Below, piece by piece: positions 32,177-45,500 of a stretch of DNA of 64,000 bases. The DNA is from Diplonema japonicum (taxonomy: Eukaryota; Protista; Euglenozoa: Diplonemea): assembly GCA_964019335.1 (NCBI GenBank), contig OZ025665.1:558001-622000 (forward strand). Direction: 5' to 3'. Within the stretch, counting starts at the first letter, position 1. Each line of letters begins with the position of its first letter. The position numbers were made by a program, and so were the translations under genes. The notes under the pieces are model-generated. The model saw only the letters and a program-made list of their open reading frames with translations. It was not told the origin of the DNA and ran no database searches.

Positions 32177-33601
32177 GTTTTTTTTTTTTTTTTCTCTTTC
32201 TCCTTCTCCCTCCTGTTAGCTTTTTTTTCTTTGTATCCTGCTTTTAATAAAACACAGGGGGGAAGAGGGGAGGGGGCAGGGGCGGTTTTGTTATATGACA
32301 CAATCCAGCTTTTTTTTTTTTTTTTTAATTATTGCCCGAGAACAACATATCCCCCGCACCCCGCTAATTAGCCGGTTCCTATGTGTTTTCATTAAGTGCA
32401 GAGTATTCCAAGTAAAAAGATAATATAAAAGGAAGCACACCCAGGAACCCACCACGAATGAAATAAAAGACAAGTATTTACGTAATGGCAGCTTTGCTGG
32501 TCTGGACTGCTCGGGTTCGCGTTTCGTAATTTCTTTTTTTTTTTTTTTTTTGCTATGTTCAGCATTACCCTGTAATAATAAGGAAACAAAGAAATGGGCT
32601 GTCGTGGAGTAGCGTACCAGGGTGGGAGTAGAAACTTGGAGAGAGGTTTTATAAACCCCCAAAAACACGTTGCCAACCGTCCCCCCCCTGCATTGTCCAA
32701 GGGGAAAAAAAAAAGGGAAAAAAAAAGGAAAAAAAAATGCCTTCTTTCTTCTTCTTCTTCTTCTTCTTCTTCTTCTTCTTCTCCTCCTCCCCCGAACCGT
32801 GGAGCAGTTCTTTCACCAAAGGGATGGTTCAGCAAGAGGGGAAAAAAAAAAAAAAAAAAAAAAAATACACAGGGCTTGAAGGAATGGCCTCATGGGAAGA
32901 GAGAGAGAGAGGCGGGGAAAGAAGCAGTTTGAAATAAGAGGGGATGGGAGTGAAACAGGGATGTGAACTGAAGACATAAATAAACATGTGCGGGAGGGGG
33001 AGTAGGGGGGGGGGGGGGGGGGGACGAGGCACTTGAAACCACAAGGAAGAAACGAATATATTATTTTTCTTCTTTGCCCCACTCATGTGGCCCTTCCCCC
33101 TTCTTCACTTTTTACAAAGTTTTTTTTTTTTTCTTCTCTGCTGTTCTCTTTCTGCTTTTTCAAGATGAGAACAGTAATCTTACCAACCAGTGGAAAAGGA
33201 AAGGGAGGGGGGGACCACATCAAATTGTGTTTTTTCTTCTTCTTTCTCTTCTTCCGGAATTGTGTATACTTTTATTTATTATTAATTTTCCCCGTTTCTT
33301 TTTCTTGTTCCTTCCTCCCCAAACCATGCACTCCTCCCTAAGCTAACCTTTCGGGCTCTGAATCAGTAGATGCAGAGAGGGGGCCCAAAGAGTGAAGATT
33401 TCCTGTTCTCGAGCCAAAAGAAAAAAAAGGGAGGAAGAAAGTCAACTGAGGAAAAAAAAAAGGGGGAGGAAACAAGAGACTTGAAATCAGCAACAGAAAA
33501 AAAAGGGGAGGGGGAGAGTGGGAACTACAAAAGAAACCAAACTTTTTTTTTCTTCCTTATTTTGAGAACTGCACTATGGTTTAGATTTTTTTTTTTTTCA
33601 T

Positions 33602-33634
<33 letters not shown>

Positions 33635-33967
33635 ATGTTGTGAACTGGAAGTGAGCAAGGTAAAATGCTCTGGGAAAGAAAGAAAGTTAAGAAAAAGGCA
33701 AAAAAAAAAAGGGAAGAAAAAAGAACAGCGTGCTAAGATTTTGTTGTTTGTTGAACTTACACCCCCCCCCCCCCCCCCCCCATTTACATTCCCTTTTTTA
33801 TTGATTTTTTAAAAAAAGAAAGGAGAAACAAAAAGAAAAGTATAAAGTAGCACACGTTAACTCTTTTCCTTTTAACTTTTTTTTTTCTCTCTCTCTCTCA
33901 ACACCTTTTTTTTAAAACTTTTTTGCCCCGCCCCACGCCCCCTTTTTTTTAAATAAAAACTAAGATT

Positions 33968-34835
33968 TTACAAAGATTGGCCGGCTAGTTTCGACTGGTG
34001 TTTTTTTTTTTCTCATTTTTTTTTTTTTTCTTATATACCTGATAATATTTATACTTCTCGGTGAGGGAATTTTCTTGGAGGAAATTCTTGACCGGACCAA
34101 GGCAAATTTCGAAGTGTTCTTGTGTCAATTTTAGGGTAGATAACTCTGATGTAGCCACAACGTCAGCCACAGCGTCATGCTGGTTAAGGAATTCGAGGTC
34201 ACCTATGAGCTCTCCAGAAGAAAGTACACAGACCTCCTCTTCTTCGTGTGACTCGGTCTCACCAATAACCTTTGCAGTACCAGTCACAATTATGTGAAGG
34301 CACGAAGGTGTGTCGCCTTTCTTTAAGAGGGTTTCACCCTTGCCGAAAGTACACGGGGAAAGAGCGTCTGCAAGATGGTCTTGTTGCCAAGGGGTCATTG
34401 ATTTGAGGAATGGAACGGCGGCGAGAGATTTTTTGCAAAGTTCCCGCTTGCTTTGGCTGGCCTTCATGACGATGTGCCGGTAGGTTCCTCTGCCAAGTCT
34501 CCAGCACGTGCATTCTTCTGAAGATACGATGACAGATGCTGCTGTCCTGCATGCGTACATCAGTTCCATTTCACCGAAGCCTTCTCCACTCTTGAACGAG
34601 GTGACCTTCACAGAGTCCTTTACAATATCCACTTCACCTGTTTCTATTATGTACCAGTGTTCGCCTCCCACGTCGTTCTGGACCATCACCTGGGTGTCTT
34701 TGGGGTAGACTACCTTCTCCATAGCGTCCACGACCACCTGCATCGCCTCTGAGTTCCCCTTCAATGCCGAGAACAGAATATTCTTCCCCAACACCGCTTC
34801 GATCGTTTTCCGTTCCGACTCTTGTTTTTCGATCA

Positions 34836-34884
<49 letters not shown>

Positions 34885-37103
34885 GAAAATTGAACACAAA
34901 CCACTGGTGTGAAATCGTCATCTTCGTGGACCTCAGCGGACACCGCTCCTCTTTTAGCTGCAGGGGGTTGTGGGATGGTTGATTTTGGTGTGTCTGACAG
35001 AGTTTCCGAGTTGGTGTCAGCTGTTGCGGAATCACCGAACGCGAAATCATCGAATTTGTTTTTGTAGTACGTGTACTCTGTTGAGTCGGCCTTCTCTTTG
35101 AGGAGATCGGAGATAGACCCGAGGACCCTTTCAAAGTGCGTTCTGTGTAGTTTTCCCGTGACAACCTCCTCGCTTGTGGCGACAACGTCGGCAACCGTCG
35201 CGTGTTTGTTGAGGAACTCTAGCTCGCCCACCACGGATCCCTTTGAGAAGGAACAGACGAATATTTCCTTCCCGTTCTCATCACGTCCTATGACGTCGAC
35301 AGTTCCCTTCAGAATGATGTGCATCCAGTCGGGTGTTTCACCGTGGGCTAGCAGTTTATCGCCTTTTGTGTAATGGTCTTCTGTCAATGCATCTGCTATC
35401 ATCATCCGCCGATCGGGTGCTGTGTTTGCAAGGAGATCAACACCGTTGAGGAGCTCTATGACCTCCTCCCGGCGTTTTGTGACGCCGCGCATTACGACTG
35501 CTTTGTACGTGTTTCTTTCGATTTTCCACGCTACGAGTTTTCCGGATTTTGCCCGAACGGTTGCTCTGCAAGGCTGGTCATACATGAGCTCGAGCTCTCC
35601 GATTGATTCCCCCTTTGTGAGGACGCATATGGTTTCTTCATTACGGGTAACAAGCGCGTCGCCTTGGGTTATGATGAACAGGAACTGACCGGTCTCGCCT
35701 TGCTTCAAGATGATCTGGTCTTCCTCGAACTCTTCCCTTGCCATGACATCGACGATGACGGAGCGTTCGGTGTCGTGAAGGGACTTGAACAAACTGTGCA
35801 TGTTTACAACGGAGAACAACAGTTCACGGTCGGAGTCGGTTTTGTCAACGACGACCGGGACGTAGTTGCTGTCCACGGGGTTGTTGTCGGACACTGCGAC
35901 GCGTCGGAGACCGTCGGTGGTTTTTCTTTTGATTTCTTTTGGGGTCGCTGCAGGGGATTCGCATTCTGTCGATTCTTTTTCATCTGCGTCTCCGAACGCG
36001 AACCCTTGCACGAACTTCACGGTCCCGTCTTCGTTTGTCGTTACGTTTTCGTTGTAGTAATCGTAGCTGCTCTCCTTTGCCTTGTCTGTTAAGAACGATT
36101 TGACAGACCCCATGCACATTTCAAAATGTGCTTTGTGGAGTCTTAAGGAAGTTACGTCGCCTTCTGCTACAACATCTGCGACGCATTTATGCCCGTGGAG
36201 GAATTCCAGCTCCCCCACGCTCGCCCCGCGGGTGAATGTTGCGACTTCTGATAAATGATCATTTTTCTTCCCCATGACCTTCACTGTTCCCGACGAGATG
36301 ATGTGCATCCATTCTCCTTCCGAACCGAATTTGATGAGCTTGTCGCCTGATTTGTAATGGCAGAGTTCCAAGGCGTCTGCGAGAGTGCTTTTTTGGTACT
36401 CGGTGAGCGTGGAGAGAAACCCGACGGAATTCAACAATTCCTTGTATTCTTTTTGCCGTTCAATCTGTACTTGCATGACGATTACCTTGAATGTCGTGCG
36501 TCCGAGGGAGAAACATGTTGTCGGTTGCTTCGCGCACACCGTCGCTACACATGTTGTTGAGTACATGAGCTCCAGCTCGCCGAAACCCTGTCCGGGACCG
36601 AACGTGGCTACGGTTTCCGACCCTTTAATTATGTCAACCTTCCCTTCTGAAACTATATAGTACTTTCCTGTTGAATCTTCGTTTTGCGTTAGGATATTAA
36701 CGCCGTCTTCGAAGCGCTCCTCCACCATGGCTGCGATGACGGTTTGTAGGTCCGCTTGTCTCAAAGAGCTGAACAGTGGGTTCTTGGTCAGTGTCTCCTT
36801 CAGCCTGTTTATTTGATCTGTTGTTTTTGGGATATCCACGTATCTGTGTTCTCCTATTGAGTCTACCTCTTGGCTTACACCTCTTCTTCTTATTGTAGTC
36901 CGCCTTCTTAACATGTCTTCCTTCTCCGTTTTTGCGTCCTGGCCGGTGCCATCGTCTGCTTTATCGCCAAAGCTGAATCCTCTTTCCGGTTCCGACACTT
37001 TCTGCGGAACCTCCTCGGTGGGGACCGTTGTTTCCTTTTTCTCGCCTTTTGCCGGTTCCTCGCCGTGCTCGGGTTTTGCGTTTGTGCTTCCGCCGCAACC
37101 CAT
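33968..37103 (-). CDS. N-acylated protein with three tandem PKA-regulatory modules (6 CNB domains); exons 37103-34902, 34836-34039, 33994-33968
   Basis: MGCGGS N-terminus, inhibitor-like sites RRRGVS, RRVAVS and KRGAVS each followed by a CNB-A/CNB-B pair (GELELMY / GELEFL). Confidence 0.88.
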
Positions 37104-37516
37104 TTTTTTTGGATTGTTTTTCTTTTTTTTTTTTTTTTTGTGGTTTGTTTTATATTATTTATTTCTTTTTTTTTTTTTCTTTTTTGGCGTTTCTTCGTGC
37201 GGGGACCTTCCTCCCCTTCCGCCCTTGACGAACCTCCTCCCTCCCCCCCCCTCTTTTTGTCTTCCCTGTATTGATGATGATTTGATAGTAAAAACAAGGA
37301 GGGAATTTATAAAAAAAAAAAAAAAATTGTTTCTCCTCCCTTCATCCCATCTCATTTCCGCGTCCCCGGAAAAGTGTCTAAGTACTCAGGTATAGGGGCG
37401 GGCTGGCGCCGTGTAGGGGTTGCCGGCTTAGGGTTATCTATCTGACCTGTGAGCGGAGGGAAAAAAAAAAAAAAAATACATTTTAGAAGCGGAAGGAGAA
37501 GGGGAAAAAAAAATTG

Positions 37517-38671
37517 TCACATGTCCTTCAGCTTCATGGCATAAAGGTGGAGGAACTGCCCTTGGTTGAGCTGGGGCACTGTCGGGTCATGGAGAACATG
37601 CTCGAAATCGGTTTTCAAAGCGTTTGGAAAGCAGCTGAGAAGCTCATTGTATGTGACATTGCCGTCTTGATTCGAGTCGCAATTGTGAAACGCGTGTTCG
37701 GACTGGAGAAGGTCGTCGTAAAGAGTTGCGAAAGAGGGTCGAAGGGAGGGGTCCGCTGCCCAGCATCGGACCATAAAATAAATCAGAAAATCCTGGTGGA
37801 GGATGCCCTTTGTGTCTGGCCGTTTTTCGTCCAGTATAAACGGGATTTTGTGGAGGTCTTCGCTGGGCCACGGATCCTTGTTCGCAGCAATCTCGAACAA
37901 CACCATCGCGAAGGAGAACACATCGCACCGTTCGTCATACACGCCACTCCACACCTCAGGTGCAATCCAACCCGTTGTCCCCATCTCCGTCGTTCTTCGT
38001 GCACTCCTCGACGACAACTTCGTTCGGAACGGTTTCATTAAAAACGGTTGCCGTTTGTGGATGAACCCTGCGGTGCCGAAATCGATTAGAGACACGTTTA
38101 AAACAGGCTTTGCCGTTACGTCTACCACGATGTTCATGGATTTAACATCTCTGTGCATCACGCCCGATCCATGCACATCCTTCAGAACGCGTGTCACACT
38201 TTTCATCACGAGAAATTTCTCTCGCATTGAAAGCGATCCTTCTTTAACCAGTTCGAACAGAGACCGGCCTTCGATGTACTCGTACACCAGTGCATACCCC
38301 AGTGAAGGGGTGTGGGTTGCTACCCCGACAATACGGGGGACCGAGGGGTTTCCCCTCAGGGCGTGTATAATTTCGACCTCATTGTGGATTGACCATGCTG
38401 CGTGTATTCCCTTCCAACCGGTGCCTTTTATGGTGCACATAACACTGCGCCCGTCGGCTGTTTCTATAATATCTGTGTAGACCGGGGTGTGGTTCTGGGC
38501 AGTGCCCCCGAGCTTCGTCATTTTTGTTACGTCCAAACCATTTCTAAACTCCACCGGGTTCACTTTCTTCGCCATGGTCAGTGTCCTATTCAGGATGTAG
38601 CTCACTGCAATTCTGTTCCCCGCGTACAATAACGGGGGGACAAGGAGCCCTCCCCAAATAAGAGGGTCCAT
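37517..38671 (-). CDS. TKL-type protein kinase with N-terminal hydrophobic segment and C-terminal EF-hand
   Basis: HRDVKSMN, DFG, GTTGWIAPE, DVFSFAMVLFE, CWAADPSLRPSF, and EF loop DSNQDGNVTYNE. Confidence 0.88.
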   Translation of the reverse strand: MDPLIWGGLLVPPLLYAGNRIAVSYILNRTLTMAKKVNPVEFRNGLDVTKMTKLGGTAQNHTPVYTDIIETADGRSVMCTIKGTGWKGIHAAWSIHNEVEIIHALRGNPSVPRIVGVATHTPSLGYALVYEYIEGRSLFELVKEGSLSMREKFLVMKSVTRVLKDVHGSGVMHRDVKSMNIVVDVTAKPVLNVSLIDFGTAGFIHKRQPFLMKPFRTKLSSRSARRTTEMGTTGWIAPEVWSGVYDERCDVFSFAMVLFEIAANKDPWPSEDLHKIPFILDEKRPDTKGILHQDFLIYFMVRCWAADPSLRPSFATLYDDLLQSEHAFHNCDSNQDGNVTYNELLSCFPNALKTDFEHVLHDPTVPQLNQGQFLHLYAMKLKDM

Positions 38672-39518
38672 TTTTTTTTTTTCTTTTTTCCTTTCTTCTT
38701 CCCCCCCTTTTTCTTTTCGGATAAATACCATCAAGCCAATCTGCTACCCTGTCCCCCCACTTGTGCATCTCGCCTCTTAAATCCTCTGCCTTCTTCACAT
38801 CCCCTTTGTTGTTCGCGGTTGTGATCGCTTCCATGAACTGCCTGCTCACGCGGCGTACCTCATCCCCAGTTAGCTTTTGCAACGGTTTTTTGTGCATTCT
38901 GAAAAGGGTGAGTAAAAAAAAAAAATATATATGAGTTAAAGGAGGCCGGTGTTGGCGGCGCCCTGCTGAGGAAAAAAAGGACAAAGAAAAAAAAAAATGT
39001 CGAAGGTTAACCCTTACGCAACCAAGGTCGTTGGTTCATTTTATTTGGGCACAGGGACAACGAAGCTGCATTAGGGCTAAGCCAAGGACGAAGAAGAAGA
39101 AAAAAGGGGGCGAACCCCACTTGAGGAGCCCTCCAGGAAATCGTCAGGACCAATTGTGGCAAAAGGTCTGATCTACCGCAGGTAAGACCACGTCACTGTC
39201 GATCAAAGCAATAAGCTTCCTGTCATGAGGGACTGCAGGCGACCTGATTGACAGCTCCAACTTCTAGTCGACGCTCAAGTTGGAGTACTGCCAGATGCTG
39301 GGGAAAAGTGGGAAAAAAATAATTCAGGCTTTTCAAAGAAAATGGAATAATTCACTATGAGAAAAAAGCAGCCTATCACAAGAGAGAAGAAGAAGAAGAA
39401 AAAAAAAAGGGGGGGAACCAAGAGCAAAAATCCAGCTGTAAAGAAGACTTTTGAAAAAAGGGGGAAAAAAGTGAGCAAAAGAAAGCGGAAGCTGTTCAAT
39501 TTTTTTTTTCCCTCCATC

Positions 39519-42500
39519 TCAAGAAATCTTGGGCAACGACGACCCCGAGAGCGCAGGCACGAATGGTTTCACGGCTTCTACATAGCAACCAGAAAGGACG
39601 TCTGGGGTGGGCATACGGGGTTGAGGGGTCCAGGCTCGGGGGTGTTGATGTGTGACGGCTACGAGCTCTTGAAGAATACTATGTTCATGCGCTTTGACCT
39701 CCTCGAGGCGTCGTTTCCATGGCAGCTTTGAGTCGGAGCTCAGATCTGCGAAGTTCTTGATCAGCCCAGCAGTTGCGGTGGTGTTCTGATCGGGGTTGTT
39801 AATCACCGAGTTTTCAAAAGCGGCAATGCTGCATAACGTGCTCTTCTGAGCAGCCGTAAGAGAACTATTCGACTGTATTGCCTCCAAAGGATTGCTCGGT
39901 GGTTGGCTCACAGCAAATGTTTTTGCGACCACAGGCGGCGGCTTGCTCTTCGCCACGTCGAGCAAAGGAAACGTTGCCGCTTTACGCGCCACCACCCTGT
40001 TGGCCTGCCGCTGTTGTTTCCTCTGTTTACTTATTGCGACCATGCTCCATGTGATTTTTTGGTTGGAGAGAACTCTGGCGTTCTCGATCTTGCTTGACTG
40101 TACGGCTTTGTAAACCTTCTCCCTTGCGCATGTAATCGCTTCTCGGGTCTTCACCACCGCCTCGCGATTTATTTGATGCTCTCTGTCTTGGAGCTGTTTG
40201 ACCCTGTGGAGTCTGTACTCGAGCTTCCCCTTGGCGTCAAGAGCGGTACGGATCCTCTCTGCCATGATCTCTGTGGCGAGCATCTTCTTCGACATCGATG
40301 TGCGTTCAACGGACTCGATTTTTTTGATTTTTTCGAAGTTTTCGTGTTCCTCGATGCTGGTTTGTGCCTGGACGCTGTTCACCCGTTTCCACAGTTTTGC
40401 TGCCCGCTGCTCGTAGCTGGAGTCTTGCGCATGGCGTTCCGAAGACGACGGGTGGAACTTCGTGCTGCGCAATGTTCCGGAAACCGTGTTCGGGTTCGAA
40501 ACAGACGAAGGCGGTGGCTTCGCCGTAAACGCCGTGAAACCCAAATGAGATCTAAGCGGAAACCCAATCGAGTCCACCCACGAGTGGGTGTCCTCATCAA
40601 ACGGACCGTGCGGACACAGATACAGCTCCGCTGGTTCATTACACTGCTCGGACGTTGATTGTTCGGAAGGCGACTTCTTAAGAGGTGCGATGCGGCTTTG
40701 CGGGATGTTACTTATAACTTTATGGACCGGTACATGCCCGAACCCCAGGGGCTTTCTTAAAGGAATCTCCTCGTGGGTTATTAGAGGCGGTGCGTATGGA
40801 GACGGAGATGGGGGCGATTCACCACTGTCCTCTTTTTGCACAATTACTATCTTCTCCACTATCTTTTCGACAACCTTGTTGTTGTTGTCGCTGTTCTTCT
40901 GAGCCTCTGCGAGTCTTCCAAGCTCTATCAAGCTTTTTGCCTCAAATTCTTGTAGTTTTTGTTTCCCCGTACTGACGTAGTTTCGCAAGCTGACCAAGCC
41001 TCCTCGAATCTTTTTCGCCTCCGATTTCAATTGCACGGCGTGTTCGAGCTGTTCCTCTGTGAGCCCTCTCACGACAACCTGGGTCGCCACTTCTTCCTTT
41101 CCCTGTTCCTCCCGTTCTTCCCGCACCTCTTCAGGTGGGGTAATTTCCTTCTCTTCTTCAGTTGAACCCGAGTTGCTCACAGGCACCTCATCAACAACAT
41201 CGTGTAGTTCTGGTTCTGACGACGCTGGACGGGATGATGGTGGCGAAGAGTGCCATGACGCTTCCTCGCTTGGCTGCATGATTCGAGTGTCCTCTCGTTG
41301 CAGCTCCTTAGGTGGTGGTGGGGGTGGCGTCGGCGGCGGCAGTGGCGGTGGCGGTGGAAGGGGTAAAGGATCCGGTTTTTTCGGCAAATCCGGCAGTTTT
41401 TCCGGTTGACTCTGTTCGACCCCCGGCTGCGCCTCCTTCGGCACGTCCACCGTCTTTGTTTTTCGAATGAGGTTGATGAACTTGTTTTGTTTCGTCCGCA
41501 TGTTGCTGAGAAGCATGTCGGTTTTGCAGCTTTGCTCCTTCAGCTTCTCGATGATCGCTTTCTCGGAATCTTCCTGCCGCTGTTTTTCAGCCTCGTGGTT
41601 CGCTTGAAGCTTGACCTCGATGACGCTTTTCCTCAAATTCGACGTGTGGTGAGGGACACGGAGCTTCTTGTTGAGGAGGCCCGAGAGGAAGCTTGGGTCG
41701 TGGATGTCGCCTGTTTCAGGGAGAAAATTTGCTTTTTTGAGGATTTCGCAACTGACACCGTATTCTTCTGCAAGAGCGGACAGCGTGTCGGTGGAAGCAA
41801 CCATGTGAACTACGTACTCCTGCCGACGTTCTCTCGTCAGGGCGTGGACGTCGTGGAGTGCTGCAATCGCTGTCATTGTCAAAGGTATGACCACGCCCGT
41901 GGCAATAGGAAGCACTTCGTCCTCAAAGACAACCTCAAGCTGCGTATTGGTATCCAGTAGTTGGCTCACATTCGTGTCAAACTTCTCTGCAAGATCCACC
42001 AACGTGTCGCCTTCTTGCGTAATGTACACAAAGGCTCCTGGGGCGCCGTCGGGAACGATATCTTCCACCCGTGTGGGTTTTGTCGCTTCCAGTTCGTTTT
42101 TTTCCTTGTTCAGCTGTTCCACGCGCAGTTGTTCAGCTTCGAGCTGTTCTTGAAACCTCACGGCGTCGATCTCCAAGGTGGACTGCCTGAGGCGTTCCAC
42201 GGTTTCTTTCACCGTTTCCAGTTCTTCGTCCTTCTCGAAGATCTCCTCCTCGAGCTTTTTTATCTGAACCGCCGCATTTTGTTTGATCTCTGTGACCTCG
42301 TGGTGGTGTTTGGTTTGCATCTCCATCTGTTCGGAATGCTTTCTGGACTCCACTTCTCTGAGCGCTTCTTGGATGGCTCTGTCCTGGTCTTCTTTGATCT
42401 TATCAGGGTTGAGGTCGGGGTGCATAAGATGCGTTTCTAAGTTGTCGGTCACCGGCCTGTCTATCTTACGAGCACGGTCGGGCGATGCGACTGATTCAAC

Positions 42501-45500
42501 CTTGTACGTCAGATCTTCGATGACGTGTTGTCGGGTAGCACCTTCAAAGGCGGTGTGAGACGCGTTCATTTTCCGTTTTTGCGAAGCGACGGCATCGTTG
42601 TGGGCGAGCAATTGCTGGGCTTCCCGCATCTTTCTCTCTTCGGTGTCGAGAAGTTTGAGTTTTTCCTCGCCGATGCCTGCATCCCGTAGCTTGATAACAA
42701 ACTGTTTGTACGATTCAGATTGAGATTTGAAGATGCGGAGTTGGGATTGCAGATCAATCACAATGTTCTTCTGGGATTCAAGCCATTGGGTTTGGTTGGC
42801 GAGAAGCTTGATAAGTGTGTAGAAACGTCCGTCTTGGTATTGAACGCCTTCGCTGAACTCGTTTATAACCTTTTCCCTCTCGGCGTCGAGGAGCTCTCTT
42901 TGTGCCTCTTCGTCTTTCAGAGCTTCGGTCTCTTCGTCCGCCACCCGGTCCATCCTGACCTTTTCGATGATCTCCTTTTCGATTTTTAAATACGTTTGTG
43001 CAAATAGTTCCTTCTCCATCACGTCGGTCGTCACGCTTACCTGGCGTAGCCCCGTCGCGTATTCCCTCAGCTGTTTGACTTGCTCCTCTTTTTCAACCAT
43101 GTTTTCCCGAAGCTCGTTTATTTGCGACTTCAGCTTCCCTTCGGTTATGTAAAATCTTCTCGTCATTTGATTGACCCTGTCGTAGGCAAGCTTCACAAAC
43201 ACACCGAGCATCTGAAACTTGACAGACGGTACGTCAAAGACTTGAACGGAAGTGTTTTGCCCGTAATTTTCTTCGTGCTCTGCAATGGTATCCAAAGCGG
43301 GTGTCCAAGGATGGCCTCCCTTGGGAACGGTAGATTCGTATCTCAATAGATCTCGGTGCACCTCCGGTGGGGCGTGTGCGGGTTCGGTTTCGCTGTCAAT
43401 ATGTTGTTCAATTGCATCGGCAAGTTCTGCGTCTGCAGTGGGTTTGTTTTCAGTTGGGTCTATTCTATCCTTTGTTTGTTTCGTGCGCCATTTCTCAAAC
43501 TCACTCCGAGCCTCGGCGTCCTTGTTGCTTTTGAGGTATGCGACAAGCATGGATCTTGTTTCCTTAACGTTCACAATCTCACCCGAAGGGAACGGAAGGG
43601 CAACAGCGTGTTTCGATTCATCATCGAGGAGAGCGTCGTCAGGGGATGTTTCTCGCCGACATGTTGTGGAGATGTTTAAAACGGCCAGAACTGAATTTAG
43701 CTGTCGGACCTTTTGCATGGTCAACGATGACTGGTTGTCTGACAACGTTCTGAGCAGCAGTGATGCTGCATTTTCTGCACCGAAAGTGGACCGAATGGTT
43801 TCGGAAACCACTAACGAGCATGAAGCTCTGTCCGTCGGGTTGCTCAGCGCAGCGTTTTCCGCAAAAATAGAAACCAACACGAGCAAGAACCGTCTGAACG
43901 TAAGACAGCTGGCGCCTTCCCACGTTGTCGCGTAGTGGTCGAACCAGAAGGAGTCATTTACCTCTTGAAGACCGAAGTCTTTTTTAATGAGATCCCACGC
44001 CTCCCTCCCCAAATATTTATCGTTTTGGTAATTTGTCTTCCGCGCGGCGTACTCGGTGAACAAAGATGAGATTCTTGTTTGGGTACCCCCAAAGCTCAGT
44101 TCCCCTCCGTGCTCAGTGTATGTGAACGTAAGGCCCGACGAGAACGTTTTTGCATCATTAGACACCCGTACTTGTGTTGTTCTTGTGAACGTTATTTTCG
44201 CACCGTAAACCTGATTCTGTAGAAGGATGCTGCACAGCATTTTCACGTCCCCCGAGCACGGAGGCACCACCACCCTGACAAGGTCGGGCTTCACCTCAGT
44301 ACAAATAACTTTTTTCCCATCGTTTTCAAACGTCACGTAAACCCCCTGCGACTCATCAAAACCAGACCCATATAAAACAGCGTTGTAACCACCTGAAACC
44401 TCGCCTTGGACAGGGTCGATCGAGTGGAGCTCAGGAGCGGCGATCTTGTCCTGCAACGGTGTGAACGGTTTTTGGAATATCCTGCTGTATACAGGTGTGA
44501 GCTTCACGAGCAAGCAGTATAGCCTTGCAGCGACTGTGGGAAGTTTTTCGTGGTGGGGTGCCACAAGGTACATTTTAAACCCGATTCGAATGAGGCAGTT
44601 TACAAAGGAATCGAAATCGATGCATAAATCCTTCCCGGGTTCTTGCTTGCACTGCTCGAAGAATACCTCGTAAACAAACCCATGGCTGACCTGTTTGGGA
44701 ACAACGTCGCAATCGGACAACAACGAGTTCAGCTGTTCTATGTTGAGCGAGAAAGGCGTGAGGTCTGAGAAGGACTGTAACACCTGCTTGGTTGCATAGT
44801 ATAGAAACAATCTTCGCAGAAGCACGCTGTGAGTTCGCAAGATGTTTGGGATGTTTGAGATTGCCTGGAGAGGGTGCCCGACATCGGTTTCGGTTTGGGG
44901 TGACCGCTCATAGATGAAATCTGTCATCGTGGCGTGAAAAAGCATGAGAACTGCTTTAGAGCAGGAGTTTGAGAACTCCACCGAATGATGAATCTGAGCG
45001 AGCCGGAGAAGAAAAATGGTGAAGCCCTTGACCCGCAACCCTTCCTGCCCCACCGTTCTGCATTGATTGAACAAAATCGTGAGCTCCGCGACGGACATTT
45101 TCTCTTTTTTCGCAAACTGCACTGTTAAATCAGGTGCAGTGTCGGGGAGGGACAGCCTTCGAGTTCGGTATCCCAAGGATGCTGATGATTTCGCCTCCCG
45201 CCATATGCACTCTGAGGCTTTTTTTAACGCCTCAAATCGATTTTTTTGTACTTTCAATTCCCGGTATTTCTCTGCTTTCAAGGCTGTGTTGTGATTGTCT
45301 GCTTCTACCAGGCATTTTGCGGTCTCCTCCCGTGCTTCTGGGTCGAATTGGGTTTTAGCTTCTTGGGAGGACTCTGGTGTTCCGGGAAGGCTCTCTTCGT
45401 CGCTTCTTGTCACCACCCCCACGTCGGCTAGCCATTCCGCACATCTTCGAAATGTTACTACCCCCTTCGCAAGATCTGGTCCATGGCTGCACACTACACG

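Noticed and set aside
32745-32790. (CTT)n microsatellite and poly-E ORF
   Set aside because: Simple repeat in low-complexity intergenic DNA with no sign of function.
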